DNA of 64,000 bases, from the NCBI GenBank assembly GCA_016199985.1, contig JACQFQ010000011.1, positions 28,168 through 92,167 on the forward strand, in the 5' to 3' direction. Within the stretch, counting starts at the first letter, position 1. The number at the start of each line of letters is the position of its first letter. Positions 1 to 9,092 of this stretch are shown here, in pieces. This DNA comes from Verrucomicrobiota bacterium. Lineage in GTDB: Bacteria; Verrucomicrobiota; Verrucomicrobiia; Limisphaerales; UBA11320. Position numbers and translations under genes: made by a program. The notes beneath the pieces are model-generated. The model made no database searches and was not told where the DNA came from. It saw only the letters and a program-made list of their open reading frames with translations.

Positions 1-261
1 GACGCGGACGGTTTCGGAGGGCATACCCCGCTTTTCAACGCTGTGGTGAGTCACGGGTCGCGTCAGGGATCCATGGCGCGCAGGCTTGTGGAACGAGGGG
101 CGTCGAAGACGGTTCGCGCGTCGCTGCGAAAGTTTCTGGATTGGTGTGAGACGCCCCGATGGCACGAAGCGCGCGAAGCCACGCCAGCGGAGTGGGGGTG
201 GACTTTTCCGGAAAAAAGTTGGGTGAATGCGGAAGCGATGCGGGTGGCGGAGGGCGAATGA
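1..261 (+). CDS. C-terminal fragment of an ankyrin-repeat-like protein (5' end outside window)
   Basis: Frame 1 is open from base 1. It reads DADGFGGHTPLFNAVVSHG, an ankyrin-repeat core (G-x-TPLH/F-x-A), and stops at 259-261. Confidence 0.4.
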   Translation, partial: DADGFGGHTPLFNAVVSHGSRQGSMARRLVERGASKTVRASLRKFLDWCETPRWHEAREATPAEWGWTFPEKSWVNAEAMRVAEGE

Positions 262-311
262 CAGCCTCCAACCATGAAGAGCGGGGCGAGACGCCCGCTG
301 TCGTCGGGCGT

Positions 312-2999
312 TCAGTCCTTGTCCACGCGACGCGAGAGGACGAAGCCGGCGCGCACGGGTGGAGGCATCTTTGAATCGGCGCCTTTGATCGATCGCCAGA
401 TCACTTCGTTCAGCAGCAGGTCGTCCGCGGCGTCCTCTTTCGCGAAGTTCATCCGGCTCGAGGCCTCGCGCCCCCAGGCTTGCTTCGTGTTTTTTTCCTC
501 CAGATCCACGCGCGGTGTTTCGGCCTGATACGGCGAGAGGTCGGGCTGGGCCTGGAAACAATGGAACATGGGTTGCGCCGCGGCGTCGAACTGGGACATC
601 GGACGCATCCCCAGAATCAGCTCCATGGTTCGCAGCATGCTCGCCGTGGAGTACATGGTGGAGTCCACGCTGCGACGACGAACATAGGGGCTGATGGCGT
701 ACGCGATGGTGCGGTGCGCGTCGATGTGATCCGGACCGTTCTGAGCGTCGTCCTCGACCACAAAGATCGCGGTCTTCGCCCAGAAGCGGGAGCGGCTCAC
801 CCCCTCCACCACCCGTCCCAGCGCGAGGTCGTTGTCCGCGAGATACGCCCGGGGCGTCGGCTTGCCTTCCGATGTTCCAGAGGTGTGGTCGTTGGGGAGT
901 CGCACGATCTGCAGGCTCGGCATGTCGCCTTCCTTCTCAAATCGCCGCAACTCCTCCAGGAAACGGTCCGCGCGCTTCGCGTCGGGATAGTCCATGTCGA
1001 AGCTGTGGTACCAGGGGTCGATATGATCCTTCAACCCGGAGACCTTCGCGACTCCGGGCGTGCGGGCGTTCTTCGGGCTGGTCACGAACTCGCCGTAGCT
1101 CCGATAGCTCACGCCGGCCTCCCGCGCTCGATCCCACAGATAGCCTCCCGCCGGCTCCGCGATGCGGAAGTTTCCTTCGGCCGGATAGGAGTACTTTTTC
1201 TGCTGATTGTGTCCGTAGGTGAGCGGCCACATTTTCTCGACGTAGTCCGTGGCGTACGCCCCCACCGACCACTCATGTCCGTCGGCGCTGACCTCGCTTT
1301 CGACATAGAAATTGTCCAGAAGCACAAACTCGTTCGCGAGCTTGTGGTGGTTCGGCGTGATCGGCGACGGGAAGAGACAAAGGCTCGGATCGCCGTGGCC
1401 TTGGGGCAGGTCGCCCAGCACCTGATCATAGGTGCGATTCTCCTTGATGATGTAGATCACGTGTCGAATGGGGGTGGCGTCGCCGAGTCGAACGGGGATC
1501 GGATGGCCGGCTTCGAGGGCGGGCTGCGGCGTTCGCGCCGCATGAGGCATCCCGGCGTAGGCCTTCGCCGTCCACTCCTTCATCGCGGATTCCAGCTTCG
1601 ACTCGGCGGGAATGTCGATAACGCTCAGCGTCCCCTGCATCAGTCCCGCGATGTACTCCTTGACGGACGCGGGCGGCTCCTTCCCCGGGTTCGGACCGTG
1701 CCGGTTGGACCGGGAGGTCTGCCCCTTGCCATTGGCGACGAGCAGGCGCTTGCCATCCGAAGTGACGCGCACGGATGTTGGATACCAGCCCACCGGGATA
1801 AATCCCAGCGAGCGGCTCTTGCCCGATTGGCTCAGGTCGAAGACGGCTACGGCGTTGATGTTCGCGTTCGCGACGAAGAGCAGCTTCTCATCGGGCGAGA
1901 GCGCGAGGCTGTTGGGGGTGGATCCCGGAGGCGACTGGGGCGTGAGCTCGGCCACGAGTCGCTCCACGGTTTCTCCCGTTCGCGTGTTGATGATCGAGAC
2001 GGTGTTTCGGTTCGCGTTGGCGACAATCAAGCGCCGCCCGGAGCGGTCCAGAAGCATCTCGTTGGGGTGCTCGTCGGTGGCGAAACGCCCGGCGGGCTGT
2101 CGCGTCGCGAGATCGATGACCTGAACCGCCGATTGCGCCCAGCAGCTGACATAGAGCCGTTGCTGACGCTCGTCCAGAACCACCGCGTACGGATAGGGCG
2201 CGTCCTTGTTTTCGATATCCAGGAGGGCCTCGGCCCGCTTCGTGATCGCGTCCTTGTCCTCGTCGCGCGCCTCGTTCTCCTCCCGGAGCGCCTGCTGCAG
2301 CGGCGCGGAGCCGAGCAGGATCTCGTGGCGGTTGGTCCGCGCCTCCAGGTCGACGACGCTGACGCGCTGTCCCAGAAGATTGGCGACATAGGCCAGTCGG
2401 CCATCCGAGGCGAGCGCGATGCCCGCGGGGATCGCCCGCTGTTTCGGATCGCGCAGGCTCACCGTTTCGCGCTCCGTGACGAACCCCTTCGCGAACCGCA
2501 TCACGTGCAGCTCCTCGTGCGAAGCCCCGCTGGCCACAAGTCGAGTCCCGTCGGCGCTGAAGCTCAGGCCGTAGAACGCCTCGTGGAGCGACGCGCGGCT
2601 GACAACCTCCGCCTTCTTCGTGTCGACGATGATCACCTCATGCTGCCCGTATCCGCAGTGAAGGATCGCGGCGTAATCCTGTCGCGGATGCATGGCGATC
2701 GTCTCAGGAAAGTCGCCAAGGGCCACCTGGGTTCCCGCGGGCCTCAACGACCATTGGTTGGGCAGGAGAACCGAGCCATCGGCGCGATACCCGGGGACGT
2801 CGACAAGAGGGCTGGCTGCGCTGGGGGCCGGGGCGACAACGGCGAGCGCTGGGCGCATGTCGACGGGCGCGTCCGCGCATCCCGACATCGCCCACGCCGC
2901 CGCGACAGCGGCCATTCCTGGAGGAAGCATCCGGAAGCGTCCGCGAGGGGTCGCGCGTCGTCGAGGGTCGCGGCGGGCGGCGGGCGCCCGCGATTCCAT
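312..2999 (-). CDS. Secreted bifunctional beta-propeller (YVTN/YncE-like) / phosphoesterase-family (PLC/AcpA-type) protein
   Basis: 910-aa ORF (312..3044). The C-terminal half has the phosphoesterase-family signature IYIIKENRTYDQVLGDL and HIDAHRT. The N-terminal half has repeated 'S.DG..L.VAN' propeller blades. Likely start is M16 (2999) or M39 (2930), the latter giving lipobox AMSGC. Confidence 0.8.
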   Translation of the reverse strand: MESRAPAARRDPRRRATPRGRFRMLPPGMAAVAAAWAMSGCADAPVDMRPALAVVAPAPSAASPLVDVPGYRADGSVLLPNQWSLRPAGTQVALGDFPETIAMHPRQDYAAILHCGYGQHEVIIVDTKKAEVVSRASLHEAFYGLSFSADGTRLVASGASHEELHVMRFAKGFVTERETVSLRDPKQRAIPAGIALASDGRLAYVANLLGQRVSVVDLEARTNRHEILLGSAPLQQALREENEARDEDKDAITKRAEALLDIENKDAPYPYAVVLDERQQRLYVSCWAQSAVQVIDLATRQPAGRFATDEHPNEMLLDRSGRRLIVANANRNTVSIINTRTGETVERLVAELTPQSPPGSTPNSLALSPDEKLLFVANANINAVAVFDLSQSGKSRSLGFIPVGWYPTSVRVTSDGKRLLVANGKGQTSRSNRHGPNPGKEPPASVKEYIAGLMQGTLSVIDIPAESKLESAMKEWTAKAYAGMPHAARTPQPALEAGHPIPVRLGDATPIRHVIYIIKENRTYDQVLGDLPQGHGDPSLCLFPSPITPNHHKLANEFVLLDNFYVESEVSADGHEWSVGAYATDYVEKMWPLTYGHNQQKKYSYPAEGNFRIAEPAGGYLWDRAREAGVSYRSYGEFVTSPKNARTPGVAKVSGLKDHIDPWYHSFDMDYPDAKRADRFLEELRRFEKEGDMPSLQIVRLPNDHTSGTSEGKPTPRAYLADNDLALGRVVEGVSRSRFWAKTAIFVVEDDAQNGPDHIDAHRTIAYAISPYVRRRSVDSTMYSTASMLRTMELILGMRPMSQFDAAAQPMFHCFQAQPDLSPYQAETPRVDLEEKNTKQAWGREASSRMNFAKEDAADDLLLNEVIWRSIKGADSKMPPPVRAGFVLSRRVDKD

Positions 3000-3113
3000 C
3001 GGAGGAGAATGAGGAACAACCACCGCGCGGGCCTTGAAATCCATAGTGATTCGCGTTTATGACCGAAACTACTTGGCAAGGCAATCGTGCGTCTGGCATT
3101 AGTCTCCGCACCT

Positions 3114-5537
3114 ATGATGAGCAGAGTGCCTAACGCATTTCTCTGGTGTCTCCTTCTTCTCCTCACCGCCTCGACCGCGTTCGGTGGCGAGGCCGACCTC
3201 GTGATCCCCCCTCTGGACAAGGTGAATTTTGAGTTTCTGGGCCGCGTGATCCCCGGCATGACGCTGCTTTACCTCGGTCTCGGCGTCTGCGTGCTGGCGA
3301 CGGCGTACGGATGGATTCAATACCGACAAACCGCCGCGCTGCCTGTTCACGAGCGCATGGCCTATGTCAGCGAGATCATCTGGCAAACGTGCAAGACCTA
3401 CCTTTGGCAGCAGGGGAAGTATCTTGTTCTGCTGTGGTGCCTGATCGCCGCGTGCATGACCTACTACTTCATGGGGCTGCAACACGAGAGCCCCGCGAAG
3501 ATGTTCATCATCCTTGCCTGTTCTGTGCTGGGAATTCTGGGCTCCTACGGCGTGGCCTGGTTCGGCATCCGCATCAACACCGTGGCGAATTCCCGCGCGG
3601 CCTTCAGCGCTCTCAAGGGGAATCCCCTGGAAACATTGCTGATCCCGCTGCGCTCGGGCATGAGCGTCGGGCTGCTGTTGGTGAGCGTGGAGCTGTTCTT
3701 CATGATCTCGATTCTCGCTTTCCTGGATCTGGACCTGGTGGGGCCTTGCTTCATCGGGTTCGCGATCGGAGAGTCGCTGGGGGCGAGCGCGCTGCGCATC
3801 TGCGGCGGCATCTTCACGAAGATCGCGGATATCGGCGCCGACTTGATGAAGATCGTTTTCAAGCTGCCTGAGGACGATCCGAAGAACCCGGGCGTGATCG
3901 CGGATTGCACCGGAGACAACGCGGGCGACAGCGTGGGACCGACCGCGGACGGCTTCGAGACGTATGGCGTCACCGGCGTCGCCCTCATCGCCTTCCTCGC
4001 CCTCGCCCTCGCGAAGAGCCCCGCTCTCTGCGCCACGCTCATCCTTTGGCTCTTCGCGATGAGGATCCTGATGGTCATCACGTCCCTGGTCGCGTATCTC
4101 ATCAACGAGCAGTTGAGCCGCGCCTGGTACGGCTCGAAAAAGGACTTCAACCTGGAGGATCCGCTCACCCACCTCGTGTGGCTGACGTCGGTGATTTCCA
4201 TCGTGGTCACGTTCGCCGCGAGTTACTTCCTTCTCGGATCCGGCCAGGCCCATCCGGGATTGTGGTGGGTTCTCTCGAGCATCATCAGCTGCGGCACGCT
4301 GGCCGGGGCCTTGATTCCCGAGTTCACCAAGGTCTTCACCAGCACGACGTCGCGGCACGTGAAGGAGGTCACAACGTCCTCCGATCACGGCGGGGCGTCG
4401 CTGAACATCCTCTCCGGCTTCGTTGCCGGCAACTTCTCCGCGTTCTGGATCGGCATCACGGTCCTGGGCCTGATGTTGGTCGGCTATCTCTTCTCCCAGC
4501 ACGCCTCGGTCTTGAGCGCCATGCCGGATTACGCGTTCGCGCCGCCGATCTTCGCCTTCGGCCTCGTGGCCTTCGGGTTTCTGGGCATGGGCCCGGTGAC
4601 CATCGCGGTCGACAGCTTCGGCCCCGTGACGGACAACGCGCAGTCCGTCTATGAGCTGAGCCAGATTGAGGCGCAGCCCGGCATCAGCGCCGAGATCGAG
4701 AAGAACTTCGGATTCAAGCCCGACTTTGAGAACGCGAAGCTGCAGCTGGAGAAGGGGGACGGAGCGGGCAATACCTTCAAGGCCACCGCCAAGCCTGTTT
4801 TGATCGGAACCGCGGTGGTGGGCGCGACGACCATGGTTTTCGGGATCATCATGATGCTGGAGAGAACATTCGGCCACGTCGTGGAGCATCTCAGCCTCGT
4901 TCAGCCCGAGGTGCTGCTGGGCCTTCTGATGGGAGGCTCGGTCGTCTATTGGTTCACGGGGGCGTCAACGCAGGCCGTGGTGACCGGGGCCTACCGCGCC
5001 GTGGTGTTCATCAAGGAGAACATCAAGCTGGATCAGCACACCGCCTCGATCGAGTCGAGCAAGGAGGTGGTGAAGATCTGCACCCAGTACGCCCAGAAGG
5101 GAATGACGAACATCTTCATCGTGATCTTTTGCTTCTCGCTGGGCCTGCCGTTTTTTAATCCCTACTTCTTCATCGGATACCTCATCGGCATCGCGTTCTT
5201 CGGATTGTTCCAGGCCATCTTCATGGCGAACGCGGGCGGCGCGTGGGACAACGCGAAGAAGATCGTCGAGGTGGACATGCGCGCGAAGGGCACCCCGCTT
5301 CACGCGGCCACCGTCGTGGGCGACACGGTCGGCGATCCGTTCAAGGACACGTCATCGGTCTCCCTCAATCCCGTGATCAAGTTCACCACCTTGTTCGGGC
5401 TCCTCGCCGTTGAGATCGCGGTGGGCACCAAGGACGCCGGAACACGCCATATGATCGCGGTGGTTTTCTTCCTGATCGCGCTTGTGTTCGTCTACCGCTC
5501 GTTCTACTGCATGCGGATTCCGGAGGAGCGCGCCTAG
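3114..5537 (+). CDS. hppA: Membrane-bound proton/sodium-translocating pyrophosphatase
   Basis: ~800-aa polytopic ORF with the hallmark motifs GGIFTKIADIGADL, DCTGDNAGD, DNAGGAWDNAKK and GDTVGDPFKDTSSVSLNPVIKF. Start is ATG 3114, or GTG 3087. Confidence 0.95.
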   Translation: MMSRVPNAFLWCLLLLLTASTAFGGEADLVIPPLDKVNFEFLGRVIPGMTLLYLGLGVCVLATAYGWIQYRQTAALPVHERMAYVSEIIWQTCKTYLWQQGKYLVLLWCLIAACMTYYFMGLQHESPAKMFIILACSVLGILGSYGVAWFGIRINTVANSRAAFSALKGNPLETLLIPLRSGMSVGLLLVSVELFFMISILAFLDLDLVGPCFIGFAIGESLGASALRICGGIFTKIADIGADLMKIVFKLPEDDPKNPGVIADCTGDNAGDSVGPTADGFETYGVTGVALIAFLALALAKSPALCATLILWLFAMRILMVITSLVAYLINEQLSRAWYGSKKDFNLEDPLTHLVWLTSVISIVVTFAASYFLLGSGQAHPGLWWVLSSIISCGTLAGALIPEFTKVFTSTTSRHVKEVTTSSDHGGASLNILSGFVAGNFSAFWIGITVLGLMLVGYLFSQHASVLSAMPDYAFAPPIFAFGLVAFGFLGMGPVTIAVDSFGPVTDNAQSVYELSQIEAQPGISAEIEKNFGFKPDFENAKLQLEKGDGAGNTFKATAKPVLIGTAVVGATTMVFGIIMMLERTFGHVVEHLSLVQPEVLLGLLMGGSVVYWFTGASTQAVVTGAYRAVVFIKENIKLDQHTASIESSKEVVKICTQYAQKGMTNIFIVIFCFSLGLPFFNPYFFIGYLIGIAFFGLFQAIFMANAGGAWDNAKKIVEVDMRAKGTPLHAATVVGDTVGDPFKDTSSVSLNPVIKFTTLFGLLAVEIAVGTKDAGTRHMIAVVFFLIALVFVYRSFYCMRIPEERA

Positions 5538-5562
5538 CTTTCGCGCCCGGGGCGCGAAAGCT
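5536..5562 (+). terminator. Perfect 12-bp GC-rich hairpin overlapping the hppA stop codon
   Basis: agctttcgcgcc-cgg-ggcgcgaaagct. The stem is perfectly complementary. There is no T-tract, so intrinsic-terminator function is inferred only. Confidence 0.45.
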
Positions 5563-5580
5563 CATCAAGTCAAGTCTCCG

Positions 5581-5774
5581 TGATGTTTCCAGTCCGGACG
5601 ATGTCCCAGCTTCCACGTAACAAGGAGCCGGGGTCCGGGAAGTTGCCCGCAAAACACGCCAAAAACGCGAAATGGGAATGGATCGAGGATGTGGAAGCAT
5701 CCGGGTTTCTGCGCCGCCTCTTTCGCGTGCTTAGCGTGTTTCGCGGGCAACCTCCTCCCCCAGCCGCCCAGAGG
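5581..5774. repeat. MITE/REP-like ~195-bp repeat, copy 1, with internal 30-bp imperfect inverted repeat
   Basis: Arms 5643-5672 (ttgcccgcaaaacacgccaaaaacgcgaaa) and 5721-5750 (tttcgcgtgcttagcgtgtttcgcgggcaa) are 26/30 complementary. The whole element aligns with the reverse complement of 32582-32799. Confidence 0.8.
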
Positions 5775-6218
5775 AAGGACGAGGTGAGGGGGAGAGCTCC
5801 GGGTACGGAAACCGCAGGCGGTCTGAATACTCAAGGATCATTGTCCCTTCCATCAGCTATTCCAACATACCCTTGTTTCCCGAAGCGGCTTCTTTTCAAG
5901 AATGTCGACAGCCCCGGCGTTCATGCGCCTTCTGGCGCCCCAGCCGAAGCGTGGCCCTTGCTGGCCGTATCACAGGTCGCCTGACCGCGTCGCGGTCGAA
6001 GTGCGCGATTCACGAACTCACCCAGAACCTGGAAGCGCGTCCCCGCTGAGACGGAGATTCGGATCGGGCTTCCATGGGGGCTTTTGTGTTGTCAGGGTGC
6101 GCGTGTGGGCATTACTCCGAAACAGTTTGCGGCAATGCGGCAGAAGGTCTCGAAGCCGAAGCGAACCCCGGCGCCCGCTGAGGCGCCGACTCCCGCGTCG
6201 CGCGTCGTTTCGCATGAG

Positions 6219-6713
6219 GTGCTGATAGGAATCGATCCTTCGCTCCGAGGCACGGGCTATGGCGTTGTGCGGCTCGGGAAGCCGCATCCGACGGCCCTGG
6301 CCTTCGGCACGATCTCCTGTCCCGCGGGCTGGGAGCGATCGCGATGCCTGGCGCAGATCGCGCGGACGCTCCGTGAAGTGATTCGAAAGCACCAGCCGTC
6401 CGTGTGCGCGATCGAGGGCCTGTTCTTCGCCCAAAACCTCCAGACCGCGCTGATCATGGGCGAGGCGCGCGGCGCCGCCCTGGTGGCGGTGGCTGAGGCT
6501 GGATTGGATGTGTATGAGCACGCTCCCCGGCGCGTGAAGCAGGCGGTGGTCGGATTCGGCGGGGCGCAAAAGCTTGCGATCGCCAAAATGGTCCAAAGGA
6601 TGTTGCGTTTGTCCGAGACGCCCTCGCCCGACGCCGCCGACGCCCTCGCCGTCGCGCTGACTCACGCCCAGGAAACCTCCCGCTACTCCCTCACCCCGGC
6701 CCGCAGAGTCTAA
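6219..6713 (+). CDS. ruvC: Crossover junction endodeoxyribonuclease RuvC
   Basis: LIGIDPSLRGTGYGVV near the N-terminus, CAIEGLFFAQN, and the C-terminal DAADALAVALTHA motif. The ORF is open from 6084. GTG 6219 gives a canonical ~165-aa RuvC; ATG 6135 or 6084 are alternatives. Confidence 0.9.
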   Translation: MLIGIDPSLRGTGYGVVRLGKPHPTALAFGTISCPAGWERSRCLAQIARTLREVIRKHQPSVCAIEGLFFAQNLQTALIMGEARGAALVAVAEAGLDVYEHAPRRVKQAVVGFGGAQKLAIAKMVQRMLRLSETPSPDAADALAVALTHAQETSRYSLTPARRV

Positions 6714-7264
6714 CTCGCGTTGTTCTCCCCTGGACGACCTCAACCTCTCAGGGTGAAAGGGCGACCTCATCCATCGGCAGAGCCGGTGGTGTTCTGGCCC
6801 GTCAGATACCGGACTTCGGTTTACCTCTGGCATCGAATCATCGGCGCGATACAATGCGTTAACGCGCAAACCCTCGGTGTCGCTGAAAATGATGAACAGC
6901 CAGTTTCCATCCGCTGACGCATTTTACCGAATTGATGGCGGCCCTTTCACCAGAGCCGCTTCTTATGCCTGCGCTTTTCTTCCTTCAGCGGGAGATCTTC
7001 CAGAGGGGACTCACCGTGGGGCTCCCGGGTTGGGATCTTCTTCCAAGCCCATGAAACGCCTGGGCTGTCAGGAGATGTTCCGCCCGGATCGACGTCATTT
7101 CCACCACCAGAAGTTCTGTTTCAAGCCTGCGTGCCGCAAGGCGAGCAAACGCGACAGTCAGGCTCGATGGTTGGCTCGCTAATGGTTTGAGACTCTGTGA
7201 GTTTCGACAATCCAGGCTAGACAAATACCTTGGACAAATCCCATGCTGCCCACAGTAGGATTTT

Positions 7265-8761
7265 ATGGGACTTTTCTCACGTTCTAGTACGGATAAGGAG
7301 GACCAATCACAGCAGTTCATCCATTTGAAGAGTCGAGCTTGGGGTCGTTCATCAGGCGTCCGAAGATTGATGTTATTCATAGACGGAACGGGTAATGACG
7401 TTCGTACCCGCACGAACGTACGACGACTGTACGAGATGATCACCTCTAACCACCGGCCCGAAGTCCTAACCTTTTATGACCCAGGCGTAGGAACCGGCGC
7501 TTCGCTTCGAGATAAATATCTAGGTGGGCCGTTCGCATATGGCTTTCAGCGTAGTCTAGTCAATGCATTAACCTTTCTCGTCGAGAATTGGAGAGCTGGC
7601 GACGAGATCAATCTATTTGGGTTTAGTCGCGGGGCATTCGGGGCTGGCGTACTCGCGACTTTGCTTACCCGTTGTGGCTTGCCAAATCTTTCGCAGACTT
7701 CGCGGGATCGGTGGACCGAGCGTCACGAGCGAGCGAGGGCAGTCGCACAGGATCATTACAAGGAGATCCACCAAGCTGAGCTAGCTTCTGCGAAAGTGGC
7801 TGACCGGCAGCTTGCAGGCTGTAGGAAGGATCCTCCGGAATTGCGGGCGGCTGTGTGGAGGGCAACCTATTGGAGAACTTTGCAACAGAAACCGTATTGG
7901 AGTCATCCGGAGCGACCTCGCCCGGAAATAGCTGTTCTGGGATTGTGGGATCCCGTCGAATCAGTGGTAGGGACGGTTTATCCGGTAGCAAAGGTCGCTT
8001 GGTCTGTTAGTGACGTTTCCGAGTTTGGACGCCACAAGGGACATCGTTTCCACGCTTATGCTTTCGATCGTAGCATCAAGAAGTGCCTAATGGCTTTGTC
8101 ACTGGATGAACAACGCCAAACCTTCTTGGCCGAGCTTCCAGATCACGCTCAAGGGCAGCCAGCGGAATATGAATTCGTGTGGTTCGCAGGCGACCATTCT
8201 GATATCGGTGGTGGTCATGACGGTGACAAAGACCTAGCCGGTGTTAGTATGAACTGGCTACTCGAGCGCGTGGGTCCTCATTTATTCGGTCCAGGCGCAG
8301 TTCCGCCTCCTGTTTACGAGGACATCAAATCGCCTCGACACGACCTTTCGGTTGGCCCGTTGTATCGTCGATCAGCTTTCCGGGTTCGCGGCGAGATTCT
8401 CGGTTCGGCTGCGCTGAAAGTCAAACCGGACCCGGCACAGCACTTGAGAGGCATGCCGCTTGATGCTTGCCACCTAGCTCCTGTCCGGCATACCGGTTGG
8501 AAAATGAAGGTTCACCATTCAGTCTATGAACGCATGGAAGATGATAGTGATTTTCTGTATGTCCCGGGTTCCGAGTGGGAATTCATCAACCTTGTTAAAC
8601 AAAGTTACGATGCTCCAAGGGCTACTCCAGGTAGAAATCCTCAAGGTCAGTACTGCCCACGACCCTTTCGAGCTCTGCCGGCAGTACGCGCTTCAACCGG
8701 CGCTTGGGTAGAACGACAATGGGACATCCGAAAGATCCGCGACGCATTCGAGACGGTTTAA
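7265..8761 (+). CDS. DUF2235 / T6SS Tle1-like alpha/beta-hydrolase (phospholipase) family protein
   Basis: Family motifs appear in order: LFIDGTGN, FYDPGVGTG, LFGFSRGAFGAG (GxSxG, Ser121 codon at 7625-7627), LGLWDPVESV, LSLDEQRQTF and WFAGDHSDIGGGH. There is no signal peptide. It lies in the low-GC islet. Confidence 0.8.
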   Translation: MGLFSRSSTDKEDQSQQFIHLKSRAWGRSSGVRRLMLFIDGTGNDVRTRTNVRRLYEMITSNHRPEVLTFYDPGVGTGASLRDKYLGGPFAYGFQRSLVNALTFLVENWRAGDEINLFGFSRGAFGAGVLATLLTRCGLPNLSQTSRDRWTERHERARAVAQDHYKEIHQAELASAKVADRQLAGCRKDPPELRAAVWRATYWRTLQQKPYWSHPERPRPEIAVLGLWDPVESVVGTVYPVAKVAWSVSDVSEFGRHKGHRFHAYAFDRSIKKCLMALSLDEQRQTFLAELPDHAQGQPAEYEFVWFAGDHSDIGGGHDGDKDLAGVSMNWLLERVGPHLFGPGAVPPPVYEDIKSPRHDLSVGPLYRRSAFRVRGEILGSAALKVKPDPAQHLRGMPLDACHLAPVRHTGWKMKVHHSVYERMEDDSDFLYVPGSEWEFINLVKQSYDAPRATPGRNPQGQYCPRPFRALPAVRASTGAWVERQWDIRKIRDAFETV

Positions 8762-8798
8762 CTATTGCAAATTGTGTCAAAAGACCCGTTTTATTGAG

Positions 8799-9092
8799 CT
8801 ACGTCGAGTGTAACTCTCCGGTGTTATTGCGGAAGTATGAACTTCTCCCCATTTCTGAACCACGGATCGCCGAAAATGCGAAGGATTCTTCGGATCTTGT
8901 GGACGGTTTATTTGACCTCTTCCGGACTGAATGAGGTGGACCCCATTGTTTGAACCACTCGGCGCGTTTTTGAATCAATGACCCCAGAGGAGAACTTACT
9001 TTGAGGTCACGGACCCAGAAACGGTGGGGATCTGAGCGTTCACAAGAAGTCAGCAGGGTTGAAAGCAACGCGAGGCCAATTAGCTTCTTCAT
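8799..9092 (-). CDS. Small predicted lipoprotein (hypothetical), convergent with the DUF2235 gene
   Basis: The internal ATG at 9092 gives MKKLIGLALLSTLLTSC, a classical signal peptide plus lipobox L-T-S-C. I recognise nothing in the rest of the 97 aa, and the C-terminal half looks low quality. Confidence 0.4.
   Translation of the reverse strand: MKKLIGLALLSTLLTSCERSDPHRFWVRDLKVSSPLGSLIQKRAEWFKQWGPPHSVRKRSNKPSTRSEESFAFSAIRGSEMGRSSYFRNNTGELHST

Noticed and set aside
480-3062. 860-aa ORF on the plus strand, opposite the phosphoesterase gene. Similar long antisense ORFs are listed in the next field.
   Set aside because: These are typical high-GC shadow ORFs. Each overlaps a gene with clear family motifs on the other strand, is Arg/Gly/Pro-rich with no recognisable domain, and lacks the GC3 bias of the real frame. 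The others are 3099-4889(-), 13147-14304(-), 18040-18987(-), 22591-23757(-), 26342-28174(-), 28185-29369(-), 29832-30995(-), 30992-32683(-), 38177-40072(-), 47378-48475(-), 49245-50876(-), 50816-51895(-), 52104-53693(+), 55095-56342(-) and 58933-60567(+).
5580-5984. ORFs reading through the repeat element: 5580-5984(+), 5565-5834(-) and 32600-32854(+). They give peptides such as LPAKHAKNAKWEWIEDVEASGFLRRLFRVLSVFRG.
   Set aside because: The conserved peptide strings are translations of the two arms of the 30-bp inverted repeat, so they appear in both orientations. The conservation is at DNA/structure level and there are no credible starts or RBS context. I treat the element as a non-coding repeat.
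6877-7182. 101-aa ORF ending in a Cys-rich, basic tail (CQEMFRPDRRHFHHQKFCFKPACRKASKRDSQARWLAR), possibly a zinc-ribbon protein or mobile-element remnant.
   Set aside because: Only the last ~40 residues look protein-like, the first CxxC pair is missing, and no start or RBS stands out. I cannot name the family with confidence, so it is mentioned only as possible debris within the islet.
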